A DNA stretch of 64,000 nucleotides. Origin: a virus. Taxonomy: Duplodnaviria > Caudoviricetes. Shown here piece by piece: positions 55,253 through 64,000 of this stretch. Each line of letters starts with the position of its first letter. Position 1 is the stretch's first letter. Where the stretch lies: IMG/VR virus record IMGVR_UViG_3300031993_000015; one strand, 5' to 3'. The notes below the pieces were generated by a model that saw only the letters and a program-made list of their open reading frames with translations, did not search any database and was not told the DNA's origin. The position numbers and the translations under genes were made by a program.

Positions 55253-56170
55253 ATGGCCGACAGCATCTTCACATCCTTTGTCTGTTCCATCCTGCCGAAC
55301 AATCACAGGCAGCTGTCCTGGAACGTACTTGCGGGGCTGACTTTTCCTGAGAATTTTCAACTTGAAGTTCAAAATTCCAGAGCAGGAGGTCCCTGGGAAG
55401 TACTTGCCCCGGATGTGAAGGATGTCTGTATCTGGGAAGACCCCAGGCTGCGTAACTACAACAAGTACATGAACGAGCATTACAGGCTGCGTCTGTATGT
55501 ACCAGGTGAGCAGGAAGGCGACGAGCCCCTGCAGGAGTACTTCTCGCCGATTGTTGCGGCCGGAACCACTGAGGCATGGCCGTTCAGCGCGGAAGCCAAG
55601 AACGTCGTGACACAGGTCGAGAAGCAGATCGAGATTTCCGGATGCACAGGTGTGCTGCTTAAAAAGAAGCACTGGGGTGTCCGTTGCCCAGACTGTACCG
55701 ACTTCGACAACCAGAACACTGTGAATGAGCACTGCCCGCGTTGTCTGGGAACCGGCTACGATGGTGGGTATTACCAGGGCATCAGTCTGTCAGTTCTGAA
55801 GGATACTCCGCAGACTGGTGAAGAGCAGAGTTTCGATGCCATTGAAGGTCACGAGACAATCACCGGCAAGTGCGTAGCGTTCCCCTGGATTCGCTACGGA
55901 GATGTCTGGGTCGAGGATGGCACGAACAAGCGCTTCTTTGTCCACAAGGTTACACCGGCATCCGTATACAAGCAGACTGTGCTGGTATATGCTTTCCAGA
56001 TGCGCCGTATAGAGTACACCGACATCATGTATGAGGTTCCTGCAGACGAGAAGGTCGAGATAAAAGACCTGTATCAGTCTGCGCAGGTCGCATATACACC
56101 GGAACTCGAAAAGACGCTGGAAGATCAGGCGATGTCTGACTGGCAGAAAGCATTGGAGGAACAGCTGTGA
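55253..56170 (+). CDS. Probable neck/head-closure protein with Zn finger
   Basis: CPDC...CPRCLGTGYDGGY; gene order. Confidence 0.5.
   Translation: MADSIFTSFVCSILPNNHRQLSWNVLAGLTFPENFQLEVQNSRAGGPWEVLAPDVKDVCIWEDPRLRNYNKYMNEHYRLRLYVPGEQEGDEPLQEYFSPIVAAGTTEAWPFSAEAKNVVTQVEKQIEISGCTGVLLKKKHWGVRCPDCTDFDNQNTVNEHCPRCLGTGYDGGYYQGISLSVLKDTPQTGEEQSFDAIEGHETITGKCVAFPWIRYGDVWVEDGTNKRFFVHKVTPASVYKQTVLVYAFQMRRIEYTDIMYEVPADEKVEIKDLYQSAQVAYTPELEKTLEDQAMSDWQKALEEQL
55353..55375. repeat. Dispersed 23-bp palindrome, copy 5 (intragenic)
   Basis: ATTTTCAACTT-G-AAGTTCAAAAT. Confidence 0.85.
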
Positions 56171-56841
56171 GCACCATCACGACAGACTACACAAAAGACG
56201 GCAACGAAGACACCATGCAGCGTGGCGGTCTGTCTGCGTATAGGCTCATGCACTGGCTCTGCAATATTCTGCAGAACTTCTTTGCAGACCCGATCAATAT
56301 CAAAGACGAACGTCTGAAGAACCTGCTCTGGCGTCAGGACAAAAAGGATGAGACCAAGCTGTTCGCCAAATTCGACATTGGTACAGCCTATGCACAGAAC
56401 ACGACTAAGGCGAACACAACGCCAATGATCGTGGTTTTTGTTGGAGATACGACACATGACAACAGTAGTGTGAACCGGGCCGGCGGCGGAGCGATTGCGC
56501 TGAATGGTGCCCGCCCGATGTATCAGGGCCGTTGTACCAAGCTCATCCCTCTGAACATCAGCATCACGACAGAAAGCTATGATGGTACGTTGTTGCTGGC
56601 TGGGCTTATTGAGGATTTTCTCACAGTCAATGAACTGCAGCTTTTGGAAGACTGTCGGATGATAAACAGCTTCAAAGTCATCAGCGTGACAGCTCCGAAG
56701 AAAACAGATGACCAGAACGCCGCCAAGGAAACCTACCAGTCGTTCATCCAGATACAGACAGCAGGTTGCATTTCCTGGACCACTGACACGCAGGGTCCGG
56801 TGTTCCGTGGTATTCGTTCCAGCGTAGGAATTTCACAATGA
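56167..56841 (+). CDS. Probable tail terminator/completion protein
   Basis: Size and position between neck and sheath genes. Confidence 0.45.
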   Translation: MSTITTDYTKDGNEDTMQRGGLSAYRLMHWLCNILQNFFADPINIKDERLKNLLWRQDKKDETKLFAKFDIGTAYAQNTTKANTTPMIVVFVGDTTHDNSSVNRAGGGAIALNGARPMYQGRCTKLIPLNISITTESYDGTLLLAGLIEDFLTVNELQLLEDCRMINSFKVISVTAPKKTDDQNAAKETYQSFIQIQTAGCISWTTDTQGPVFRGIRSSVGISQ

Positions 56842-56934
56842 TTAACGTTTTTCTTCTTATAAGAACCACAATCACAGCCGAAGAAGAGCTGACACTTCGG
56901 TTGTTAAACAATGTCAGCGGATCGGATATATCCT

Positions 56935-58743
56935 ATGGCTATTAAAAACTTCAATTTCCCTGGCGTTACACTCACGCAGGAGTTCGTGGCTTCCAACGTC
57001 GGAAACCAGACCGTCCTGAGTGTGGCGTGCATCGGCCGGCCTTATTATCTGCACAGGGCAGATGTCGCATCCGAGGCCGCTGTCACCTCTGTCACCATCA
57101 GTACGGCTGGTTCTGCTTCGACCAACTACGCACTGCCTGGTGTTGTCACTGAAGTCCCTGTGGACGGCGGCACTCCGTTCGTTCCGGCTATCGACACTGA
57201 ATATCGCAAGATCTTCGTGCAGGACGGCCTGTTCGCACATGCGGCGATCTCCAGTCTGTCTCAGGCTGTCGCGGCCAGCGCCAGTACTGCGACGGTGGAC
57301 TGCAAAAAGAACGTGAAGAGCGGCCTTGGTCAGACTGCTGATACAGTGTTCGGTTCCCGTGAGGCGCAGCTGGGTGACAGCGTCACGATCACCGGCACGT
57401 CCATCAGCGGTATCGCAAAAGTGCGCAGCATTTCGAAGTCTGCCACGACCGGCGGCTACGGTACGGTCGAACTGGATCTCACCGGCGCGACAATCGGTGC
57501 TTCAGGCGGCACGATCACAGCCCTCAACTTCCTGGTGGAAGCTGACACCTACCTGGTCGATTCTTCGGGCGATACCTCGGTCAACATCTCTGGAACTACT
57601 ACTTTCAACGTGAAGGCCGGTGCTGGTGCTCGTGTTGTGGACAACCAGTTCGGTCTGCTCCAGGCTGGTACCTACACAATGGCTGTTGAGTACAGACAGC
57701 CGAACGGTCTGTTCAAGGGCAAGCTCGGTCAGGTTTACAACGCTGACGCCGTGGATGAAATCCTTGGCGGCGCCTGTCTCGCGAACCCGCTGGCTCTGGC
57801 TGTCAAGCTGGCTTGCCTTGCGGCTCCCGACACGCTGGTGTATTTCACCACGCCGACTACGACCAAGGACACTGTCGATGGTTTCCGTGAGGCTCTTGAC
57901 TTCCTCAGCAAGTACGAAGAGATCTACAGCATTGTTCCCATCATTACGGACCTTGACGCGGGTGTCACCTACAACGCCATCATCGCGGCGCTGCTCAATG
58001 ATGTCATCACAGTGTCCGAAGACGAGGAAAGCAAGATCAGACGTGCGCTCTGGTACGGCATCGGAAATGTCTGGGACAATACGATGGACACGAACCAGAA
58101 GAAGATCAACGCGGTCATCGCATCTCGTCAAGAGATTCCGAACTCCTACAAGGCGCAGGCAGTCTGGGCTGATAGCGCAGCTTACAACGGCGAAACGATT
58201 CCGAACAGCATCCTGGCTGCGGCTCCCGCCGGTATGCGCTCCTATCAGCCGTGCCACCGCCCGCTGTCCAACATGCCATACAGCTTCCTCACTGCGAAGG
58301 AGCCGAACGGCTTCACGAAGAGCCAGCTGAAACAGCTCGGTTCTGAAGGTATCTGGATCATCGCCAACAACTCCGACGAGATTCCGATCAACATGAAGCA
58401 GGTCACAACGGCCGTCGCCAACGACCTGAACCAGGACGAGGAATCCATCGTCGCCAACGTTGACGAGATCTGCCTGAGCCTCTGCCACATCGGTGAAGAC
58501 AGCGTCGGCTGCTCCAACATCAACGACACCATGATCCTGGCTCTGTCGGATGACATCTCCATCCTGATGGACAGCAAGACCATCAACCAGACCGGCAGTG
58601 CCTACATCGGTGCTCAGCTGCTCTCCTGGTCGCTGGACAACATCTATCAGGATCCGATTCACAAGGACCGCATCTATGCAGTCATCTCCTGTGAACCGCC
58701 GAAGCCCTTCAACGAGTTCAAGATTACCCTTCGGGTTATTTAA
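56935..58743 (+). CDS. Tail sheath protein
   Basis: N-terminal FPGVTLTQEF; C-terminal EESIVANVD...DRIYAVISCEPPKPFNEFKITL. Confidence 0.72.
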   Translation: MAIKNFNFPGVTLTQEFVASNVGNQTVLSVACIGRPYYLHRADVASEAAVTSVTISTAGSASTNYALPGVVTEVPVDGGTPFVPAIDTEYRKIFVQDGLFAHAAISSLSQAVAASASTATVDCKKNVKSGLGQTADTVFGSREAQLGDSVTITGTSISGIAKVRSISKSATTGGYGTVELDLTGATIGASGGTITALNFLVEADTYLVDSSGDTSVNISGTTTFNVKAGAGARVVDNQFGLLQAGTYTMAVEYRQPNGLFKGKLGQVYNADAVDEILGGACLANPLALAVKLACLAAPDTLVYFTTPTTTKDTVDGFREALDFLSKYEEIYSIVPIITDLDAGVTYNAIIAALLNDVITVSEDEESKIRRALWYGIGNVWDNTMDTNQKKINAVIASRQEIPNSYKAQAVWADSAAYNGETIPNSILAAAPAGMRSYQPCHRPLSNMPYSFLTAKEPNGFTKSQLKQLGSEGIWIIANNSDEIPINMKQVTTAVANDLNQDEESIVANVDEICLSLCHIGEDSVGCSNINDTMILALSDDISILMDSKTINQTGSAYIGAQLLSWSLDNIYQDPIHKDRIYAVISCEPPKPFNEFKITLRVI

Positions 58744-58756
58744 GGAGGACTGAACC

Positions 58757-59275
58757 ATGTCTGACAAGATTTCTATTTTCAATTCGCCCAATACAACGAC
58801 CGAGACCTGGACACTCCAGGGCGCGGTTGTCCTGTGGGGCACACATAACAGCGCAACCTCTGCGATCCCGATGCTCATGAATCAGGTCCAGTTCAGCTAC
58901 GCTGTTCCCACCACGACTTTCACACCGCTGAACGCGAATGCAAAGGGCGGCGTTTCCCGTGTCATCATCAAGGGCACGCCGGAAGGCACGCTCACTGTGC
59001 AGTCCATCATCAGCCCGGATGTCACGGACCTCAAGAACTTCTTCAAGAACGTCACGAAGCCGTGCAAGCTGGCGAACGACCAGATCCTGCTCACCATTCG
59101 CCCGTTCGGCACACTGGAATGTACCAACACCAGTGTCAATGTCGCACGCAAGCTCACATTCTACCTGCATGATCTCGATATGCGGCAGATGGACTTCAAC
59201 ATCAGCCAGCAGAACAACATCGCTATCGTGCAGATGCCTCTCCAGTTCAACTTCACGAACCTTGAGATGGAATAA
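58757..59275 (+). CDS. Tail tube protein
   Basis: 172 aa, beta-rich, follows sheath; QVQFSY...GTPEGTLTV; followed by a terminator. Confidence 0.6.
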   Translation: MSDKISIFNSPNTTTETWTLQGAVVLWGTHNSATSAIPMLMNQVQFSYAVPTTTFTPLNANAKGGVSRVIIKGTPEGTLTVQSIISPDVTDLKNFFKNVTKPCKLANDQILLTIRPFGTLECTNTSVNVARKLTFYLHDLDMRQMDFNISQQNNIAIVQMPLQFNFTNLEME

Positions 59276-59302
59276 GCGCGAGCAATCACGTTGGCATACG
59301 TA

Positions 59303-59338
59303 TCCCGCCTGTAGAGTAATCCGCAGGCGGGACTTTTT
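59303..59338 (+). terminator. Rho-independent terminator
   Basis: TCCCGCCTG/CAGGCGGGA followed by T5. Confidence 0.75.
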
Positions 59339-59351
59339 GTAAGGAGGCATC

Positions 59352-61856
59352 ATGCGCTCAGACGGCGAACTCATTCTCGGTACAATCATTGTGTCAGCTC
59401 CGGAATACGGGCTGGCAATCGTCTGCACATCCGGCGGTACCCGTGTTGTGAAGGAGAAACTGCTGGCCTTCCTGCCATATAGCGATGCACGATGTGGTGC
59501 TCTGCTGCAGCAGCACATTCAGGACGGCAGCACAGTCATCTGCATGCGCAGCATCCAGTACCCGTACATGGCATACATCCTGACCGCTGTGAATGACGTC
59601 GGCTCTGATATGACAGACACACAGGCCGGCCGTGTGTTCTACAACACGAACGGGTTTACCACGGCGGACACCAATGTGTTCGATGCTGTGATCGACTCCA
59701 TGAAGAACTCCTTCGGTTCCCGCTTCAAGAACCATTCAAACAGCACGGACATGGATGTGCTGCCCGGTGATGTGGATATCGTGAATAACGGTGGGCCGGC
59801 CGGCATCCACGTCGGCAAATACCTGACCCAGATAAAGGGCTCTCCCCTGGCGTTCATCGACGTCGCCGCACTCTCCGACCAGATCAGACTGGTGGCCTCC
59901 AAGGTATCCACGCATACGCCAACCACGTTCCAGCAGACCAGCGATGAAGTCTCCGTGGACGACATGGCGGTCGATGCCGCAGAAGCGTTTGGTCTGGAGT
60001 CCGGATTTGGTGTTCTCAAGCAGGAGTATCAGGTCGAGAACAAAACAGTTCCGCTGTTCCGTATGCAGCACGTTCGCGGTCCTGCAGTGGACGGCGAGGA
60101 GCACACGATCAGCAACTTCCCTGAAGGCGAACAGATTCACACAGACCGCACAGAGCCGAACGTTCTGTCCAGGACACGGGAATCGCTGTCCGGCGAACTT
60201 TGCGATGCGTCCACGCTGTGCTACAGCAGTGTGAAGTCTCCGGCCATCGTGTCAATTCTGCAGTACGGCTATTTCCTGGTGAACAAGGATAAGGACGAGA
60301 AGGCTGCGAAAATCCTGGAGCTCCTGTCCCAATACCAGTACGAAGAACCGGAGGAAGAGGAGAAGGAAGTTCCGAAGCACACACTGAACCAGGAGATCAT
60401 GGATGCGGCTATCAATGGCATCGTTGACAAGCTCCTGTCCGGTGACTACATCGAGACACTGAAACAGCGTCTCGCTGCGGCCGGCCTGTATGTCGCAGAG
60501 AACCCGCTTTCCCTGCGCTTTGACAAGCACACGAAGACAGGCCCGACCACGAAGCCGTATTACGACCTGCCAAAGTCCTTGCAACTCACAGACCCAGTTA
60601 CTGGCAAGATTCATACATACTACGACTCCACGTCCTTCATTACCCAGCAGCCGGATGGTTCTATTTTGCTCTGCGATGGCTATGGCAGTGAGATTCGTAT
60701 GTCACAGGGCAACATCATTATCAGCCCTGCGCTGGATGTTATCTTGCGTCCAGGCCGCGATATGAGCGCGATGGTGTCCAGACACCTGTCTCTGAACGCA
60801 CAGGAATACGTCACAGTCAACAGCACCAGGAACATCTACATCAGAGCCACTGGAAACATGCAGCTGGCTGCAGCGACGTCTGTGGACAAAGACGGAAAGC
60901 CAAACGGCAAAGGAAAACTCACGCTTGAGTGCAACGACACGTCCAACTCGGAGAAGACCGGTATCATCATCAAGAGCCTCGGTAATGCTTCCTTCACAGG
61001 ACACAATCTGTACATAGGTATCAACAAGGGCAACAGTGAAGCAAAGGGTCGTGTTGAGAAGACAGATAACCCTGGTACAATCATACTGGATTCCGGTGAA
61101 GGCGGCGCGATTATCGAGCGCAGTTCACGACATCTGTCTGATACTCAGATGTTCACTGTCGTGACCTCCGGCGAAGTCAACACAGCGTTCACAGTTGGTG
61201 GCAACATCATCGGTCTCTACGCACAGCAGGTGGTTGCGCCTGTGGACCTCAATATGTCAGTCCTGGACGGGGCACAGAAGGTCACTGTGGTCCGTAACGG
61301 CGAGCTCCGTGTGCTGACAATCAGCACGTCCTCTACACCTGACCTTGTCATCAAGGGCAACATCGCAGCGTCTGGTCATGTCAAGATCGGTGGCAACATG
61401 CTGGTACTGCAGTCTGTGATTTCCAGAGGCAGCTACTATGTGAACAGCAGCCAGATCGTGGACAAGAAAGAGACGTTCGAGTCGATGGACATGCCGAGTA
61501 CGAAGACGAATCCCAATCTGGAGAACAGCACCGGCTCATCCGCTATGTACAGCCTGCGCACCACCCTGTATCAGGATGCGTATGTTGGCGGCAACAGCTT
61601 CCTGTTCCCGACCTATTACGGCTTCGGCAAAGACATCGTCATTCCCGGTATGGTCTGGCAGGAAGCCACAAGAGCCATCGTGAAGGACGTCTCCACAGTT
61701 GCCTGGAAAGAAGTACCGGTCATCAGTCTGGATGGCAAGAAAACGACAGCATGTTACCCAGGATGGAACGCCTGGGAATCTGGTCATATCACCAAGTCCG
61801 GTTACGAGCAGGACGATCTGCAGACCGGCTACATAACCAATACAGAAAAGGATTGA
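59352..61856 (+). CDS. Baseplate spike/hub-like protein (gp5/VgrG-like)
   Basis: SFITQQPDGSILLCDGYGSEIRMSQGNIII and further alternating beta-strand repeats. Confidence 0.5.
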   Translation: MRSDGELILGTIIVSAPEYGLAIVCTSGGTRVVKEKLLAFLPYSDARCGALLQQHIQDGSTVICMRSIQYPYMAYILTAVNDVGSDMTDTQAGRVFYNTNGFTTADTNVFDAVIDSMKNSFGSRFKNHSNSTDMDVLPGDVDIVNNGGPAGIHVGKYLTQIKGSPLAFIDVAALSDQIRLVASKVSTHTPTTFQQTSDEVSVDDMAVDAAEAFGLESGFGVLKQEYQVENKTVPLFRMQHVRGPAVDGEEHTISNFPEGEQIHTDRTEPNVLSRTRESLSGELCDASTLCYSSVKSPAIVSILQYGYFLVNKDKDEKAAKILELLSQYQYEEPEEEEKEVPKHTLNQEIMDAAINGIVDKLLSGDYIETLKQRLAAAGLYVAENPLSLRFDKHTKTGPTTKPYYDLPKSLQLTDPVTGKIHTYYDSTSFITQQPDGSILLCDGYGSEIRMSQGNIIISPALDVILRPGRDMSAMVSRHLSLNAQEYVTVNSTRNIYIRATGNMQLAAATSVDKDGKPNGKGKLTLECNDTSNSEKTGIIIKSLGNASFTGHNLYIGINKGNSEAKGRVEKTDNPGTIILDSGEGGAIIERSSRHLSDTQMFTVVTSGEVNTAFTVGGNIIGLYAQQVVAPVDLNMSVLDGAQKVTVVRNGELRVLTISTSSTPDLVIKGNIAASGHVKIGGNMLVLQSVISRGSYYVNSSQIVDKKETFESMDMPSTKTNPNLENSTGSSAMYSLRTTLYQDAYVGGNSFLFPTYYGFGKDIVIPGMVWQEATRAIVKDVSTVAWKEVPVISLDGKKTTACYPGWNAWESGHITKSGYEQDDLQTGYITNTEKD

Positions 61857-61860
61857 TACC

Positions 61861-62457
61861 ATGCCCGACGAAGAGAAGAAATACATTTGTCCATGCTGCG
61901 GCCAGGAAACGCCAAGTCAGCCTGTCAAGGTAGATGGCAAGGTCGTGGATGACTATCTGGCCAGCATCATGACCGGTGAACCGTTCAATCACACCTTCCC
62001 GCTCTACGACGGCAAGCTGAAGATCACAATTAAGGCGGCATCGCGTGAAGAAGGGCTGAAATTGTATGATTTCGTGCTACTGGTTGAGCCGTTCGCGGCC
62101 GACTCTTCACAGCTCCGTGACCTGATCGGAATCGTGAACTCCTACTGCATGGTCAGCAAGATCATCGTGAAGCACGACAAGGAAGAGAGCGTCTACATGC
62201 CGTCCAAGTATGTCATCGAGGAGTGCTACAAGCTCGTAGAGACCTATGGGAAGGCTGACATGCGTGATGACGAGAACAAGACCAAGTTCCTGCAGGACGT
62301 GCAGGCAGCCTACACCAGGCTGTCCAGCCATGATGTTCTGTCATCCACGCCGCCGGCGATCATGAACAGGGTCATCAACGAGTTCAAGAAGTTGGAGACG
62401 ACTCTTCTGGAGGCTGGGTTCGACGAAAATTTTTGGCAGGGTATCGCGCTTGCCTGA
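61861..62457 (+). CDS. Tail assembly chaperone (G-like)
   Basis: Upstream of the tape measure gene; slippery A AAT TTT near the 3' end. Confidence 0.6.
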   Translation: MPDEEKKYICPCCGQETPSQPVKVDGKVVDDYLASIMTGEPFNHTFPLYDGKLKITIKAASREEGLKLYDFVLLVEPFAADSSQLRDLIGIVNSYCMVSKIIVKHDKEESVYMPSKYVIEECYKLVETYGKADMRDDENKTKFLQDVQAAYTRLSSHDVLSSTPPAIMNRVINEFKKLETTLLEAGFDENFWQGIALA

Positions 62458-62813
62458 TGCTCTGCCTGCCGGAGTTCGATACCTACCACACGCTTGAACA
62501 GTACGCCAGAGACCCTGAGAACAGTCGCACCAACCTGGCGCTGCGTGTCCTGAAGCGCCGCGCCACGCTGCAGCTGCAGTGGCGCATCGTGTGCTGCCGT
62601 CTGGCGAGTCCGAGAAATATCGACAAGTTGGAGGATATCCAATATGGACGCTCCGAAGCACAGACTGAAGATAAGAAGCCTGCACCTAAACTATTCGATC
62701 CGAACAACATGACGAACGAGCAGATTATGGATGTCTATCAGCAGGCTGTAGCCTCAGTTGGGTGGACCATTGACCCGGAGGCTTTAGCAAAGGCTCAACA
62801 GCAAGGCGGATAA
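62427..62813 (+). CDS. -1 frameshift extension of the tail assembly chaperone (GT-like)
   Basis: -1 frame is open from heptamer 62427-62433 to 62813. Confidence 0.6.
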   Translation, partial: KFLAGYRACLMLCLPEFDTYHTLEQYARDPENSRTNLALRVLKRRATLQLQWRIVCCRLASPRNIDKLEDIQYGRSEAQTEDKKPAPKLFDPNNMTNEQIMDVYQQAVASVGWTIDPEALAKAQQQGG

Positions 62814-62816
62814 CAC

Positions 62817-64000
62817 ATGGGACCCTCGAATACAACTCTTAATTCGCTGTTACAAATGCTTCCAGCCCAGGCACTTGGACTGGATGCAAACTCACCTGTG
62901 GGGCAGCAGGCCAGCCAGATGCTGGTCCAGATGCTGAAGAACTACATCATCGAGCCCATGACAGGTATCAGTTCCACGGATCCTCTGTGGAATGCTACGC
63001 TGTACAGCAACATGACGAACTTCGGCATTACGATGCAGAACATGAATACCGCTGCCAATGTGCAGGGTATGAGCAACATGCTGCAGATGCAGGCATCAGC
63101 GCGTTACCAGTTCTTTGAGGGTCTGAACAGAACAGCTTTCTCCAGGGATGCTTTTGATAAGATGTCTTTGGAGCAGCGCGGTGGCTGGACCAACTACGAT
63201 GCGTTCATAGAGCACAAGACTCAGGGCATGATGGACAACAAGCTGATGTCCATGCTCATGATGAACGGTATCTGGGACCCGACCGGCAAAATGATGGCTT
63301 CCTACAACTTGAAGGAGGCTTCTTCGAACATCGCACGTACCTCCATGTGGCGTGGCGAGAAGAACTGGGCGGATAAGGCTGATGCCGTCGGCCAGATGTT
63401 CCTGAACGATAAGTACGAGCTGGACTACAACAAGCTCGATTACGGCGGTATGTCTCTGAATGAGACCACGGCTCTGGTTGCGGCGCTGACTGAGAACCTG
63501 AACTTTGCACCAGGCGGTGGACCGGACGGTATCAAACAGGCCACAGAGAAGCTACGCGAACGTGTCAAGGATATGACAAACGCGATGGCGCCTCTGAAGG
63601 ACCTGTTCGGTGACGACGTCCCGAAGATGATCCGGTTCCTGGAGGATCTGTCCGGCCGTGATCTGCGGCAACTTGACAGCAGTACGGTGGCAAAGCTGTC
63701 CAGGAACACAATGAACGACATCATGACTGGTGCTTACACAGCGGCTCAGATACAGGACATGACAACAAAGCTGGAGGCAGGTATGTCACAGATGAATGTC
63801 CCGTATCAGATCGCCGGTGGTGCTGGTGCGTTGGCTGGTCAGATTCTGGCGGCTACCAACTACGGCTTTACACCGTCCATGATGACGAAGAGCCAGTATG
63901 AGCGTGCTGTCACAGATAGATCTGTGCGCCAGGCTGCATCTCCGTACGCCAACAATATGAACCTTGCCTATGCTGTCTGGCAGAGTAGACAGGGTACCAA
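62817..64000 (+). CDS. Tape measure protein, 3'-truncated by the window edge
   Basis: ATG 62817 frame reads open toward the window end (MGPSNTTLNSLLQ...); helical and M/A/Q-rich; follows the chaperone pair; absent from the ORF track because it has no stop. Confidence 0.6.
   Translation, partial: MGPSNTTLNSLLQMLPAQALGLDANSPVGQQASQMLVQMLKNYIIEPMTGISSTDPLWNATLYSNMTNFGITMQNMNTAANVQGMSNMLQMQASARYQFFEGLNRTAFSRDAFDKMSLEQRGGWTNYDAFIEHKTQGMMDNKLMSMLMMNGIWDPTGKMMASYNLKEASSNIARTSMWRGEKNWADKADAVGQMFLNDKYELDYNKLDYGGMSLNETTALVAALTENLNFAPGGGPDGIKQATEKLRERVKDMTNAMAPLKDLFGDDVPKMIRFLEDLSGRDLRQLDSSTVAKLSRNTMNDIMTGAYTAAQIQDMTTKLEAGMSQMNVPYQIAGGAGALAGQILAATNYGFTPSMMTKSQYERAVTDRSVRQAASPYANNMNLAYAVWQSRQGT

Noticed and set aside
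1-64000. Alternative genetic code (stop recoding)
   Set aside because: Long core genes read through intact in the standard code, and gene packing is tight with TAA and TGA stops.

Overview
This window is a 64-kb segment of a large tailed, probably contractile-tailed (myovirus-like) bacteriophage. Nearly all genes are on the + strand. (1) 1-5.7 kb: a left-truncated fibre-like repeat protein, a LigD-type phosphoesterase/ATP-dependent DNA ligase fusion, and a possible ART-like + HD-domain protein. (2) 5.7-21 kb: an early/accessory region built from repeated terminator-promoter cassettes (CTTAA-N16-GGCA(TA/GT)-N5-(A/C)TG), with two AIDA-like beta-helix proteins, an array of about 9 paralogous SH3/KOW-like proteins, rtcB and one HTH gene. 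(3) 21-47 kb: a probable portal gene, then a block of putative internal head proteins with T4-like capsid-targeting leaders, K-x-A motifs, glycine zippers and low-complexity repeats. Interleaved in this block is a three-piece multi-subunit RNA polymerase: an N-terminal beta fragment, a beta/beta-prime fusion carrying an intein, and a C-terminal beta-prime fragment. (4) 47-64 kb: prohead protease, scaffold, capsid, neck, sheath, tube, spike, a -1 frameshifted tail chaperone and the start of a tape measure gene. A 23-bp AT-rich palindrome, ATTTT(C/G)AACTT(C/G)AAGTT(C/G)AAAAT, recurs five times at 7-15 kb spacing, inside and outside genes. All calls come from reading motifs by eye; no database search was run.
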